A DNA stretch of 64,000 bases, taken from NCBI RefSeq assembly GCF_006345805.1, contig NC_043013.1, forward strand, positions 45,446,001 through 45,510,000. The letters are read 5' to 3'. A model generated the notes under the pieces. The model ran no database searches. It was not told where the DNA came from and saw only the letters and a list, made by a program, of their open reading frames with translations. Shown here piece by piece: positions 34,952-47,556 of this stretch (position 1 is the stretch's first letter; every line of letters starts with the position of its first letter). This DNA comes from Octopus sinensis. Its lineage: Eukaryota. A program made the position numbers and the translations under genes.

Positions 34952-36159
34952 TCAGTACATTTCCATTTTTTTAATCTTTTGTAGTGTTCTTTTTTGTTTA
35001 ATTATGATGTACTTTGCGTATTTGAAGAGTTTTATCGTTTTATCGCCGCCTGTGTAGTATCACTGACGCTGATAGCTTTGCTGAGGTAAGTGGATAATTT
35101 CTCTGCTACTGTAGACATTCTCTTATCTCAAATATTCAGACATCCTTTATGATTGAAGAAGTACGAATCGATTTCAAAATTATTGCGTCTTATCAAGGGA
35201 GACATTTATGTAACACAGCAGTTTGTGGAACCGAATACAAGCTTAACGAATCCCTGAATCTCACGGAAGCGTTTGATAATTTTAATCACATTATAACTAG
35301 TACACAATAACTATTGTTCATCCCCACTATTGTTCAAGGAATTCATTCTTTGAATTTTTTATCAAAAGAATTCGGGCAAATGCCGTAAATTAATTGTTTG
35401 GGAACGCCCATATGTGGCAAAGAACAAGATGCCACATAACTTTGCTTCCGTTTCTTTTCCCTACGGATATTCTTGCGATTCTCTTTTAGAATATATATTG
35501 CACTCCACCAATAGAACTGCTCCACTTACACCAAAGAAACATCGTATTTTAACACATCTTTAGAAATCAATGTTGAGGTCTTTCCATAAACTTGAGGACG
35601 ACTATGCTTTTAAAGAATTCTATAGATTTTCCTGGGAGTTCTGATAGGAACAGGGTACCGACATTGTTTGATTTCTCTAGAATTTTCTTCCGCGTTTTAT
35701 TTCTCCCGCTTCCTTAAGTATTCCTTAAGTATTCTTTATCTTATTATGCATCAAAATCGGGACCTGATTAAGACCCAGAGAGGCCCTAAGCACTTTGAAG
35801 ATTTTGCTGCCCCCATATATATGTAATTCTAAATAAAATCAATAATAAAACATAAAATAAATTTTTATTTTTCAAAATGAAACAAAACAAACAAGATAGG
35901 AAATAATGTTTATTTTTGTCTACTTCCACTTTATTTATATTTGAAAAGTTTTCTCATACTTTTGTTTAATTGCAAAGTCTTTGATAGGATCCTCACAATG
36001 ATACCATGAACACTTCGAAATTATATTCCCAATCGTATAAAACAATTAGAAAATTATTTCAGCAAGTTTAAAGGGATTTCTTTTGTGCCGTAAACCATTA
36101 ACCATTTCTGTGGTGCCTAGACCCTTCCCTTGATGCCCTGAGCACGTACTTATTTTTGC

Positions 36160-36525
36160 TTATTTTGCAACCACGTGGTTTTCGGCTCGATCCCACTGCG
36201 CGGCGCCGTTGACAAGTGGGTTTTTTTTTCACCATAGCTCCAGCCGATCATTGTCGTTTGAATGAATTTGATAGGTAGAAATTGTGTAGAAGCTCGTCGT
36301 GTGTGTGTGTGGGGGGGGGGGGGTATGTGTGTGTTTACTTGCCCACCCAGATTGACAACTGATGCTGTCTGAGTCCTCGTAACGTACCAGTTTATCAATA
36401 GAAACCGATAGAATAAGCGCCGGACTTAAAATTCAGTACTCTGGTCGATTTGTTCGACTAAACCCTTCAAGGTGAAGCCTCCAGCATGGGCGCATTCCAG
36501 TGACTAAGACAAGTAAAAGATAACA
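36160..36525 (+). mobile_element. SINE family B, degenerate
   Basis: CAACCACGTGG..TCCCACTGCGCGGC..AACCGATAGAATAAG..CCAGCATGGGCGCATTCCAGTGACTAAGAC. Confidence 0.65.
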
Positions 36526-36959
36526 GAAAGGATATAAGTTCAACCATTCTTGACTTAAATATTTCTCCTTTTATTACGACATTTCGATGTTACTTTATTT
36601 CGACATTTAGGAACCATACAATTTTCTTTTTATAGGATCTTTTGCAAATGAATTGCATATTCCAAACACAGGCCTTATATTCTAGTCATTCCTGGGTTGG
36701 TTTAACTTTAGTGAGGAAACTGTGATATGTGGTGTTAGTTTTATATACAGTCCTGATATTGCAGATTTGAATTTCTCAGAAAAAAAATCCCCAAGACACG
36801 GTAGAATTTGGTTCAATTCCAATCCAGGAATAAAACATTGGATCACTATCATCGATCAAACCAATCGAAAAGTAGTTTTGATGTAAATATTTAATAATCG
36901 CTAAAAATATCTTGAACATTTATTCAAACAAAATACTATTTTGTTATATAGTTACGAGT

Positions 36960-37110
36960 CGACTCTTTATGTACAGAGTTAATCCCACGAGATCGGTTAG
37001 GCCTTTTAATTCTTCCGAGATCGATAAAATAAGTACCAGATATGTACTCGTATTGATTTAATTGATTACAATCCTATCCCAATTTGTGTGTCCGTGTTTA
37101 TGTGAGAAAT
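36960..37110 (+). mobile_element. SINE family A core, degenerate
   Basis: GCCTTTTAATTCTTCCGAGATCGATAAAATAAGTACCAG. Confidence 0.55.
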
Positions 37111-38294
37111 CAATATTGATATTAATAATATTATTCATAATGATATTTCAATTCATAGCCACAATAGTTTTCAATTAACAATAATCACGTCCCAAATTAC
37201 CCTCATTGACTGTGTGGAGCAAGCATTAGATGACCAATTTTTCATTACTGTAAAATTAAAATTTCAAAAGTATTGATTCAAAGACAAGTACATAAGAACC
37301 GGTGTCTTTCTGTTTTATGACGCAGAAAACTATCTATGACGTCAGGCAAAATAATATTTTTAAAATGTTATAATTAATTCTTGCTGCTTACATGTTGAAA
37401 GTTATTTTAGCTTTTTTTCTACAATAGAATTTCGACGAAAATATCAATTTCTGATACAAATCAAAAGAAATTGACAAAATGAAGGGTGGATTAAAAGTAA
37501 CAAAAAGAAAAGGTCCACGAACGAGGTCCCAGACACGCGGTAGAAAAATTAAATTTGCAGAGCTAAAATTTGCCAATAAAAAGGCCAAGAAGCATAATCA
37601 TCTAGCCAAATCTAACTCGGAACACATTGAACATGATTTAGATCAAAAAGATCACGGAATTATGGGATGGCTAGTTTCTTTCATAAAGCAAGTCACTCCA
37701 GCAGAATATAAAAAAGGAGACATATTTTTTGAAAATAAGTACATGTTATGAAAAGCTAAATCAAGAATGACAGGGAACTTAATGTACGTAAGACTGGATT
37801 CCTCGGATACTGCAGAATTTCTTTAAAATGATTTTGTTGTTTATTTTTACAAGCATATTTTTATTTACTAGCAAGTATATTCTAACGACAAAACCATTTC
37901 GTTTTGTTTCTCAAAAAAAGAGAAAATTTATAACTTCGACTTCGCAACTGTCAAGTTTTCTTCTGGTGTTTAAAACATTTCTTAAACAGCAATTACTTAT
38001 TAAAAGCTAGGTTTCATAATGTTTAGGTTGTTTATGTACTATATAATTAGATTCCAAAATCTATATACAAAAAAAAAAAAACTACAAAAGAAATTTTATA
38101 ACCTATCGCCACACATTTTAATCAGTCTTTTAATCTCTTGTGATAACAACAGAAGGGAACTGGTCTATTTACAGTGTCAACAACTCCTTTAGAGAAATAA
38201 ATCTTATTAAAAAATTGATTCCACACATTTATGCCGTATCTGCGTTTGTATTTTCACCTCATTTTTCCATGTTGGAAGTAATGCCGGATTTAAG

Positions 38295-38407
38295 CATGAG
38301 CTAAAGTTTAAGACCACATGAGCTAAAGTTTAAGACCACATGAGCTAAAGTTTAAGACCACATGAGCTAAAGTTTAAGACCACATGAGCTAAAGTTTAAG
38401 ACCACAT
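38295..38407 (+). repeat. 22-bp minisatellite, 5 perfect copies
   Basis: CATGAGCTAAAGTTTAAGACCA x5. Confidence 0.95.
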
Positions 38408-38665
38408 TTGTAAAGTCTTAAAAATAACTGTAAAACGTTTCGATTTTTGTGATGTAATAGTTTAACAAGGGGCTTCCAAGCTTTTATCAAACTTGGAGCC
38501 TCACTTTATAAAATGGAATGATGTCAGTGGGAAAAAAAACTTTGAAAAGCTTTTGTCTAGGGTAGTAGGTTGAGAATGGCGTTATTCCATAGAGCACAAC
38601 TTAACTACCTACGAAAGGATATGACCGATAACCTTATTTATTGTTCATTTATTAGTAAAAAAAAT

Positions 38666-38915
38666 AATAATAAATGCGCCCTTTTAAAGCCTAGCCAGGC
38701 TCATGGGCCCGGTTTCCCGGTTTCCATGGCGTATGTGTTCCCCAGCTGGACGGGACGCCAGTCCATCGCAGCGTTGCTCATTTTTGCCAGCTGAGTGGAC
38801 TGGAGCAACGCTAAAGGAAGTGTTTTGCTCAAGAACACAACGCGTCGCCCGGTCCAGGAATCGAAACCACAATTTTACGATCATGATGCTGACACCACTA
38901 AGCCACGCGCCTCCA
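38666..38915 (-). mobile_element. SINE family D
   Basis: Reverse complement of 41224-41478; tRNA head GGAGGCGCGTGGCTTAGTGGT plus GTGTTCTTGAGCAAAACACTT central block. Confidence 0.85.
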
Positions 38916-38974
38916 CGTATTTATTAGTAAAGGAGACATATAATCACAAATTTATAGAAAACAATAAACGAGAC

Positions 38975-39394
38975 GGATCTTTTCGGTTTGAACGGCAGTT
39001 TTTAAAAATAATTTCTAGGTAACTAAAAAAATTTTAAACTTCGTATACTTTGTAGAATGTGTTTATAAAACATCTTTTTCTCTTGGCTTTATTGAGAAAA
39101 TTCTATAGTTTGTAAGATATTTGTTGTTTATTTTTGTTCAATTTCTGCAATTTCAACCAATTAGTGACGTCTATTGAGGTGAAAACATTCTGTGCCGTAT
39201 GAATATGTCCCTCGTTTAAGAAACAGATTGGGTATATTTATATTTGTGAAGAAAAAAAGATACCCTTCCCCCCACCCCTAACCCTAACCCTAAAAGAGAT
39301 TGAAATGCAATAGATCGATACTAGGGTCATAACTATGGGTGACAATTTCATATGACACCGCTAGAAAAAACTGCCGTTCAAACCGAAAAGATCC
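38975..39394 (+). mobile_element. Merlin-like MITE copy 6
   Basis: Perfect TSD AACGAGAC (38967-38974 / 39395-39402). Confidence 0.92.
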
Positions 39395-40453
39395 AACGAG
39401 ACTGTGTTATATACATTTTCATGGGAGAGTGCCTAAGCAATATAAATGAAGTGAAATATCTATAAACTCGCAATTGAACTTAACCATAAAAGTTCATGCA
39501 AAATGCTTTGGGTTTAGTCGGAACACATTTCACAGAGGCGCTTATTTTGTATTGATAAATCTACTTCTTAATACTTTTCTATAGATATAAATGTGTACAA
39601 CAATCTCAGTCAATAGACACATTAAAGAAGTTTAAAGAGGTTCTGGAAAAAGTAAGTTTATGTGACCCAAGTCTAAAAGTCCCAAATTGTGCCTCACTGA
39701 AAACATACTATAGGGCATTCTGGAACACACCAGTAATTATAAGAATTCAAGCATCATATTGGCATCATTTCAGTTTTCGTTCAAATGGTGTATTTTATCA
39801 GATACCTTCAACTAAGTTCCATATCATTTTGGTTTGCCATCAATAAATAAAGTTTATTAGTCCACGACATATCCTCACATCTACTCTGGCTCATAAGACT
39901 TTGTAGGAATGTGTTCCTACTAAACCTTCTCAATATCAACTATACCCATTTAGTAAAGACTTCGAGAATATGCCACGTGACCAATATAAAATGAAATAAG
40001 AGAAATTATTTGCTGCCTCGTTTCGATTACTTCCTATTAAATAACTGACACAAAAGTTTTCATTCCTGAGTACAGTTTTTACTAAAACTGAAAATTTCCA
40101 ATGAATAAATGATTTTACTTAAGATGGGAAAAAATACAAAAAATTTAGTACATTTGAAAAGCTTCGACTTGATATAGCTAAATGGTAGCACGAAAGGGTT
40201 TCACAAGATGGCAACACAGTTCTTACCCGTAATTATTTTTTCTGCTTAAAAACGACAAAAGTTTTTCATCTTAACACCCGTTCCGAGTAACCCTACTTTT
40301 CACTCTCCATGCTACGCGTCACGATTTTAGGGCTGAAATTGTCTTTAAAAACCTATAATACTGTATAACAATTTGTATTGCACAAGAATGGATAATCTAC
40401 TAGAATCCTTTTAATCTACTTACTAGATTCCTTTCAATATTATATCCGTCAAA

Positions 40454-40669
40454 GGCAGCGAGCTGGCAGAATCGTTAGCACGCTGGGAGAAATGCTCAGC
40501 AGCATTTCGTCCGTCTTTACGTTCTGAGTTCAAATTCCGCTGAAGTCGACTTTGCCTTTCATCCTTTCGGGGTCGATAAAATAAGTACCAGTTGAAAACT
40601 GGGGCCAATGTAATCGACTTACCACTTTCCGTCGAAATTGCTGGTGTTGTGCCAAAATTTGAAATAAAC
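40454..40669 (+). mobile_element. SINE family A
   Basis: GGCAGCGAGCTGGCAGAATCG..CCTTTCGGGGTCGATAAAATAAGTACCAG..AAATTTGAAATAAACC. Confidence 0.88.
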
Positions 40670-40674
40670 CCATC

Positions 40675-41090
40675 CATTCTTCTTCTTCTTCTTCTTCTTC
40701 TTCTTTACCTTCTTCTTCTTCTAATTCTTCTTTTTCTTCTTCTTTTTCTTCTTCTTCTTCTTCTTCTTCTTCTTCTTCTTCTTCTTCTTCTTCTTCTTCT
40801 TCTTCTTCTCCTCCTCCTCCTCCTTCTTGTAGAGTCCTCAGGCACCTCCTCCACAGGTTCCAGTCAGAAGCAACCGACACTAGACTTTCCGGCTGCATTC
40901 CCAAGCGTGATCTTCTAAATCGAGGGATATTATCCAGCCAACCATCCCGTTCTTCGTCCACCACTAGGACCACTGGTGGTCGACTAGACTTAGAGAATCC
41001 ACATTGCGATTCTTTCCCGTGACATTCTAATCACAAGTCCGTAGTACCGGAGCTGTGACCCATGTGGAAAAGTAACATCTCGACCCGGCA
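40675..41090 (-). mobile_element. RTE-clade LINE 3' end with (GAA)n tail
   Basis: Minus strand SQLRYYGLVIRMSRERIAMWIL*..GRRTGWL..ASDWNLWRRCL, followed by ~50 GAA/GGA triplets (40675-40830). Confidence 0.7.
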
Positions 41091-41223
41091 TACTAACGAC
41101 TGCCAGCTCGCCGCCTTACTGGCATACATACATATTGAAATACATAAATGTATACACATGTACACAGAAGATCTTAGCATCTTTCGGTTCTTGTAGTAAA
41201 ATAGTAATTCTATGTACTAAGAT

Positions 41224-41478
41224 GTGGAGGCGCGTGGCTTAGTGGTTAGGGTGTCAGCACCATGATCGTAACATTGTGGTTTCGATTCCTGGACCGGGCG
41301 ACGCGTTGTGTTCTTGAGCAAAACACTTCATTTCACGTTGCTCCAGTCCAGTCAGCTGGCAAAAATGCGTAACGCTGCGATGGACTGGCGTCTCGTCCAG
41401 CTAGAGAACACATATGCTATAGAAACCTGGAAACTGGGCCCATGAGCCTGGCTAGGCTTTAAAAGGGGAGCATTTATT
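41224..41478 (+). mobile_element. SINE family D
   Basis: TGTGGAGGCGCGTGGCTTAGTGGTTAGGG..GGTTTCGATTCCTGG..GGCTAGGCTTTAAAAGGG..(TTA)n. Confidence 0.85.
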
Positions 41479-41811
41479 TATTATTATTATTACGTACTAA
41501 GATACAATGTGAAAATACTTCAAATGCAGAGAGAGGGAGAGAGAAAGACAAAGAGAGAGAGAGAGAGGGGGTGAGAGAGGGGCAGGGAGAATGTGATAAC
41601 TAAAGAAGAAGCACTGACGTCACAAACTTTACTTCGTCTTGATTGGGTTTTCTTCTCCCCTCCCCTCCTTCCCTCCCTCCCTCTCGGTTAAAAATCTCCA
41701 TATTACTTTCACCCTTTTTCTCTTGCATGTTTCTTCTCACTTTTACTTTTACTCAGCTTCTCACTTTTTAGAATCCTCTCTTACATTCTCTCCCTCTTCC
41801 CCCTCTCCCTC

Positions 41812-41867
<56 letters not shown>

Positions 41868-41885
41868 CCTACCTACCTACCTACC

Positions 41886-42745
41886 TACCGACGAAACCGT
41901 TCTGCACGCACTCGTGCAGTGTCCAACAATTTCCGACCTGTGGGCTTGTGTCGAACAACTGCTGTCACGTGTGGGACGAGTCGGTTTATCAGCTGAGTCT
42001 ATCGTCAATATTGTCACGCCTCCTTCCTTCAAACGGGAAGGAAGAGCTATTTTCATCATCCTTGTGGCTATGGCGAAAGAATGTATCTGGTGGACGCGTC
42101 TGAAAGGATTGGAGACAAAACACTTTCCTCTCAGGTCAATCTCTCATCAACTTCTCAAGTACCAGTACCACTTGAAAAGGAAGTGAGAGTAGAGAGGCAA
42201 GTTTTGTCTAGCGAATGTTTTAAAAAAAGATGGGTGAATGTGCAAGGATGGCACGTATGAATGACGAAGCCACCTTGAGCATAATCCTATGAACCCAGAA
42301 ATTGAAAACAGAGGGTACCCACTTGCAAACAAATGTGGTAACATATAACAATATTGACAAGGTACCGTGGTCTTTTTCGTAGGCTTTTCTTCCCACGGAT
42401 AAACCTTACTTGCTTCCCCTTTACACCATATATCATAACACTGTGATACACGATCCCTATTGATCTTTTTTTTTTCCTCTTCCCCCTTTTTTCCCCTTTT
42501 TTCTTCTTTTTCATTTCTCTTTCCTTTGTTCCTTTTCCTTTTCTTTTTTTTCTTTTTATTCCTTTTATTTTATTCAATTTTTTTTTTTGTTCTTTTCTTC
42601 CCTTTTACGATCCCTCTTGATCGAAAACCTACGCCACCCCTTTTTTTTTCTTTTGTTTTTTGTTCTCTTCATCCCCCAAAAGAAAAGCTCTACCTTGTAA
42701 CTTGTTCCATCTGTGTGCAGCCCTGTGTGGCCAATAAAGAAACTT
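41886..42745 (+). mobile_element. L1/Tx1-clade LINE 3' fragment (ORF2 C-terminus plus 3' UTR)
   Basis: DETVLHALVQCPTISDLWACVEQ..AKECIWWTRLK is the ET..H.L..C half of the ORF2 CCHC finger plus the IW..R motif; AATAAA near 42735; (TATC)n on both sides. Confidence 0.8.
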
Positions 42746-42775
42746 ATCTATCTACCTATCTATCTATCTACCTGC

Positions 42776-42811
<36 letters not shown>

Positions 42812-42819
42812 ATATCTAC

Positions 42820-42874
<55 letters not shown>

Positions 42875-42904
42875 CCTATCTATCTATCTATCTATCTATC
42901 TATC

Positions 42905-42944
<40 letters not shown>

Positions 42945-43055
42945 CCTATCTATCTATCTATATATCTATCTATCTATCTATCTACCTAGCTACCTACCTA
43001 CCTACCTACCTACCTACCTATCTATCTATCTATCAATCTCTCTATCTATCCATCT
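42745..43055 (+). repeat. (TATC)n/(TACC)n microsatellite
   Basis: Direct reading; a similar tract lies at 41812-41888. Confidence 0.95.
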
Positions 43056-43166
43056 ATTTATAATTTTTGCCCTGTGTTTCTCTCTGTCCGTCTTTCTCTT
43101 TCTCTCTGTCGCTCTCCGTCTCTCTCTCTTTCTCTCATGTTTTAACGTTACAATAAATTAATAATA

Positions 43167-43390
43167 TTACAGAGATGTACTTGCATAGCACGTGCCCTGA
43201 TCTGAATTCGTGTGCTGAAACAAAAACAATTGCAGCGTGGAAGGTGTTTATAAGCCATTTAAAAACACAGAAATACCGTTAGATTCACTTCAACTTTTAA
43301 ATTTAAATTTAAATTTAAAAATTTAAATGTTGAAGTGAATCTAACGGTTTTTGTATATTTTTAAATGGCTTAAAAACACCTTCCACGCTG
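43167..43390. mobile_element. Asymmetric snap-back element, copy 3 (centre collapsed)
   Basis: Same leader; arms ~85 bp meeting in (TTTAAA)n; exact 12-bp TSD AAATTAATAATA (43155-43166 / 43391-43402). Confidence 0.85.
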
Positions 43391-43518
43391 AAATTAATAA
43401 TACTCTTGTATTATATGAACTATAAGTAGAGTTTACGAAAAAAAAAACCAAAAGACGAAGACAGGTGGTGCATAAAACAAACAGATGTATTAGTATAACG
43501 CTCAGGAATAGAAAAAGT

Positions 43519-43554
43519 CTTTTACGTTTCGAGCCTATGCTCTTCTACAGAAAG
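43519..43554 (-). ncRNA. Minimal type I hammerhead ribozyme fold (family 2)
   Basis: CTTT-CTGTAGA-A-GAGC-ATAG-GCTC-GAAAC-GTA-AAAG: stems I and II pair; palindromic ACGU stem III; core has U at position 6. Confidence 0.6.
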
Positions 43555-43851
43555 GGACACAGAAAAAAACAAGGAGAGAAACAAGGAGAGAAAAAAATGT
43601 ATGTAGTGGCTAACGATCTATCATGGTGACTGCCATAGCTAGCTAATCAACTATCATATCTACATTTCCTGACGTGGTTGTCTCCTCTCATAGTACCGAT
43701 AAACATTCAAACCAAATTAACCGAATAACCAAAATGAATGAATAAATAAGTAAATAAATTAATAATGGCGGTGCCCCGGCATGGCCGCAGCCTTCGGTCT
43801 GGAACCTGTAAAAGAGGAAAAGTGTATTATCCACAGTCATTTGTTTAGGTT

Positions 43852-44262
43852 ACTCTTTTACTCTTTTACTCTTTTACGTGTTTCAGTCATTTGCCTGCGG
43901 CCATGCTGGAGCACCACCTTTAATCGAGCAACTCGACCCCGGGACTTATTCTTTTGTAAGCCCAGTACTTATTCTATCGGTCTCTTTTGCCGAACCGCTA
44001 AGTAACGGGGACATAAACACACCGGCATCGGTTGTCAAGCGATGCTAGGGAGACAAACACAGACACACAAACGCACACACGCATATATATACATATATAC
44101 GATGGGCTTCTTTCAGTTTCCGTCTACCAAATCCACTCACAAGGCTTTGGTCGGCCCGAGGCTATAGTAGAAGACACTTGCCCAAGGTGCCACGCAGTGG
44201 GACTGAACCCGGAACCATGTGGTCGGTAAACAAGCTACTTACCACACAGCCACACCTGCGCC
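43852..44262 (-). mobile_element. SINE family B, full length
   Basis: Complete reverse-complement copy with (AAAGAGT)n tail. Confidence 0.9.
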
Positions 44263-44852
44263 ACCTTAATTTAACTATGAATCAGTATTAATGCAGATTC
44301 ATGTCATGGCGATCTAAACTTATGGGTCTTCGTGGCATTGTTTCATTATGTTAAGCATTTTGACTATGCCCGCGATTTGAACGTATAAATGCAGAATAAT
44401 GTAGACCTCCTTCCTCCCTCCTTCCTCTCCTTCTCTCTCTCTCTCGTAGTCTCCCTTTCTCCTTCTTTAAATATATTTCTCCATTCGAGTTATTACCTCC
44501 CTCAGTGTAAGCGTAACACACGGATAAAATGGATAAAAACCGCGGAGACGCATGAAGTCGTCTGTGTATGGCAGGTTTGGTAGCCTTCAACTAACACTAT
44601 CTCCTCCGAGACCCTGCGGCGCAAGTTGACCAAAATTGAGAGTATGATAGAAGAAGGCTTGCTCTTCTTTCCGTAGAAGAAAAAATTCAAATCGGACCAT
44701 GTTAGCACCAAAAATTATTTACATCAAAAAGGTGCTTTTTTTTTTCTATGAAAATCCATATTTTTTACGATTTTTTTTACTGCTGTGTCACTTAAAGGGA
44801 ATAATAATGCAAAATTTTTACTTTTCAAAAATTCCAATTCTAGAAGGTCGAA

Positions 44853-44886
44853 GCAAACCCGAGCAAGGCGGGGCGATACTGCTAGT
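44853..44886 (-). mobile_element. Lep1/HINE-like terminal fragment
   Basis: CAAACCCGAGCAAGGCGGGGCGATACTGCTAGT. Confidence 0.6.
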
Positions 44887-45039
44887 ATAATATAAAAGTG
44901 CAAATCAGATAGCGCTAAATTTAACGTCAGAAAAGAAGTCAAAACGGTCGCGATTTCATAACCGGTCGAACGATGTCGGTTCTTCAGAGAAAATTATTTT
45001 TCCCGCGTGTAGACGCTATAAGAAGGTAGCAAACGTTTT

Positions 45040-45451
45040 GGATCTTTTCGGTTTGACCAGCAGTTTTTTCTAGCGGTGTCATATGAAATTGTCACCCATA
45101 ATTATGACCCTAGTATCAATCTATTGCATTTCAATCTCTTTTAGGGTTAGGGATGGGGGGAAGGGTATCTTTTTTTCTTCACAAATGTAAATAAACCCAA
45201 ACTGTTTCTTAAATGAGGGACATATTCATACGGCACAGAATGTTATTTACCTCAATGGACGTCACTGATTGGTTGAAATTGCAGAAATTGAAGAAATAAA
45301 AACAACAAATATCTTACAAACTATAGAATTTTCTCAATAAAGCCAAGAGAAAAAGATGTTTTATAAACACATTCTACCAGTATACGAAGTTTAAAATTTT
45401 TTAATTACCTAGAAATTATGTTAAAAACTGCCGTTCAAACCAAAAAGGTCC
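45040..45451 (-). mobile_element. Merlin-like MITE copy 7, with a 21-bp flanking duplication
   Basis: TAAGAAGGTAGCAAACGTTTT at 45019-45039 and 45452-45472. Confidence 0.9.
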
Positions 45452-46352
45452 TAAGAAGGTAGCAAACGTTTTCACTAAAACTCTAAAACCCCTTCGAAGT
45501 GTGCTTTCTAACATAAACAAACAGGACCAAATCGTAACATTAGCAAAAACTCGGAGTACTTAACATTACAAAAACACCAGTAATAACGATGAAGACAACA
45601 AAAACAAGAGCAAAAATTATCGTCTTGTCTAATGTCACGAATGCGTTTTGTTGGTTGTTTGTGTACAATGTGTGATAGTTCGCAAAGCACTCTTTCATGT
45701 AAGTTGTTGTAACGAGGAGATTGGGTTTTCAGGAAGGACAAACGTCGTCCTTAAAAGCGTCACGCCTTCTCCAGACTTCCACCCCTAGCTACGTTCCTAG
45801 TCTAATGTCACGAATGCGTACAGAATATAATTTTTAAAATCGGAACCATTTGTATTAAAAAATAAACTTTGTAACCTTCTTCCTCCTCTTCCTACTCATC
45901 ATCCTAATCATCGTCATCATGTAACGTTCATGTTCCATCTTGGCATGGGCTGAACGGTTTGATAAGCTCCGATAGATCCAGGGACTGCATCGTGTTCCTG
46001 TGTTTGCTTCGTCCAATTCTTCCCTTACATATCACACCTATGACACACAACATCGCCGCCGCCACAGCCGACATCACCACCACCACCACCACCATTACTA
46101 CAATCCAAAGAAGATGTTCTTCCCACGTTAGATGAGTTTATCCCCTTGATATCTTGAATTATATTGTGGAGTTAGTCTAAACAGAACTTTTCGACAGTAC
46201 TTGAATTTCTGGAACTTTCGCAAAAGAAAAACAAAAAACTATTTGGATTACTAATATTCTCCAAGACTACGTGGACTCTTGGTGTGGTATTTATTCAGTT
46301 GTTATTCTCAATGGCTGCTGTTCCGAAGAGGTGTGTGTGTGTATGAGTGCGT

Positions 46353-46450
<98 letters not shown>

Positions 46451-47040
46451 TTTTCTATGAGTGTGTTCCATCATCTGGCAACTCAACACTGCAGCGTGAT
46501 TGCGATAAACATTCCACATGCGCATGCGCATGTGTGTGTGTACACTCGTGCACAGCCACATATACGCCATATTCAGAGAAGCCATATATTCATTCGTTTA
46601 GTTATCTCAATGATTTCTCCCTCTCTCTCTCTCTCTCTTTCTTTCTGTATAGATAAAGGTTTCCTTCTGCCCAAGAATGTGGTTTACCGAATTGCTATCT
46701 CAGCTCCTTAATTCTCTGGAATCTTCTCCTTCTTCCTTTCTTTCAGTTTTAAGTGACGAGAAGGGTTGAACATGTCCTTTCAAAAACACTGCAGTCAAGA
46801 AACGTAAAGAGCTGCAGTTTTTGACCGGAATGAACCTCGATAAGGTTGTTAACCCAAACAGAACAGTATTTTAGCATAATTATAAAATAACGAACTCCAA
46901 CAAATAAGTATGAATAATTATTTTATTTATAATTCGTTAATGTTGTTAATTGCTGTTGATTACGTGAAATCATTAGTGAAATTGTTGAATATGTTAATTG
47001 GGTAAAATCTTTACTTGAATATAATTTTAGATAAATAAAG

Positions 47041-47458
47041 GGATCTTTTCGGAATGAACGGCATTTTTAAAAAATAATTTCCACGTAACTAAACACTTTT
47101 AAACTTCGTATACTGGTAGAATGTGTTTATAAAACATCTTTTTCTCTTGGCTTTATTGAGAAAATTCTATAGTTTGTAAGATATTTGTTGTTTTTTTTCT
47201 TCAATTTCGGTAATTTCAACCAATCAATGACGTCTATTGAGGTGAAAACATTCTGTGCCATATGAATATGTCCCTCGTTTAAGAAACAGATTGGGTTTAA
47301 TTTACATTTATGAAGAAAAAAAGATACCCTTCCCCCCACCCCTAACCCTAACCCTAAAACAGATTGAAATGCAATAGATCGATACTAGGGTCATAATTAT
47401 GGGTGACAATTTCATATGACACCGTTAGAAAAAACTGCCGTTCAAACCGAAAAGATCC
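47041..47458 (+). mobile_element. Merlin-like MITE copy 8
   Basis: Perfect TSD AAATAAAG (47033-47040 / 47459-47466). Confidence 0.92.
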
Positions 47459-47556
47459 AAATAAAGCAGTAACGATGAGAAAAAATTCTGAGATGTTGGT
47501 GGGGATCCCTTGAAATTGTTATACGTGCCATTGTCGTTGCTAGTTTAGTTGGTGTC

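Noticed and set aside
34611-35620. Multi-exon pseudogene reconstruction
   Set aside because: Several 55-70-codon open stretches, but no consistent splicing phase or recognisable protein.
39505-39930. Weak inverted repeat GGTTTAGT.GGAACACATT / AATGTGTTCC.ACTAAACC
   Set aside because: Too short and degenerate to define an element.
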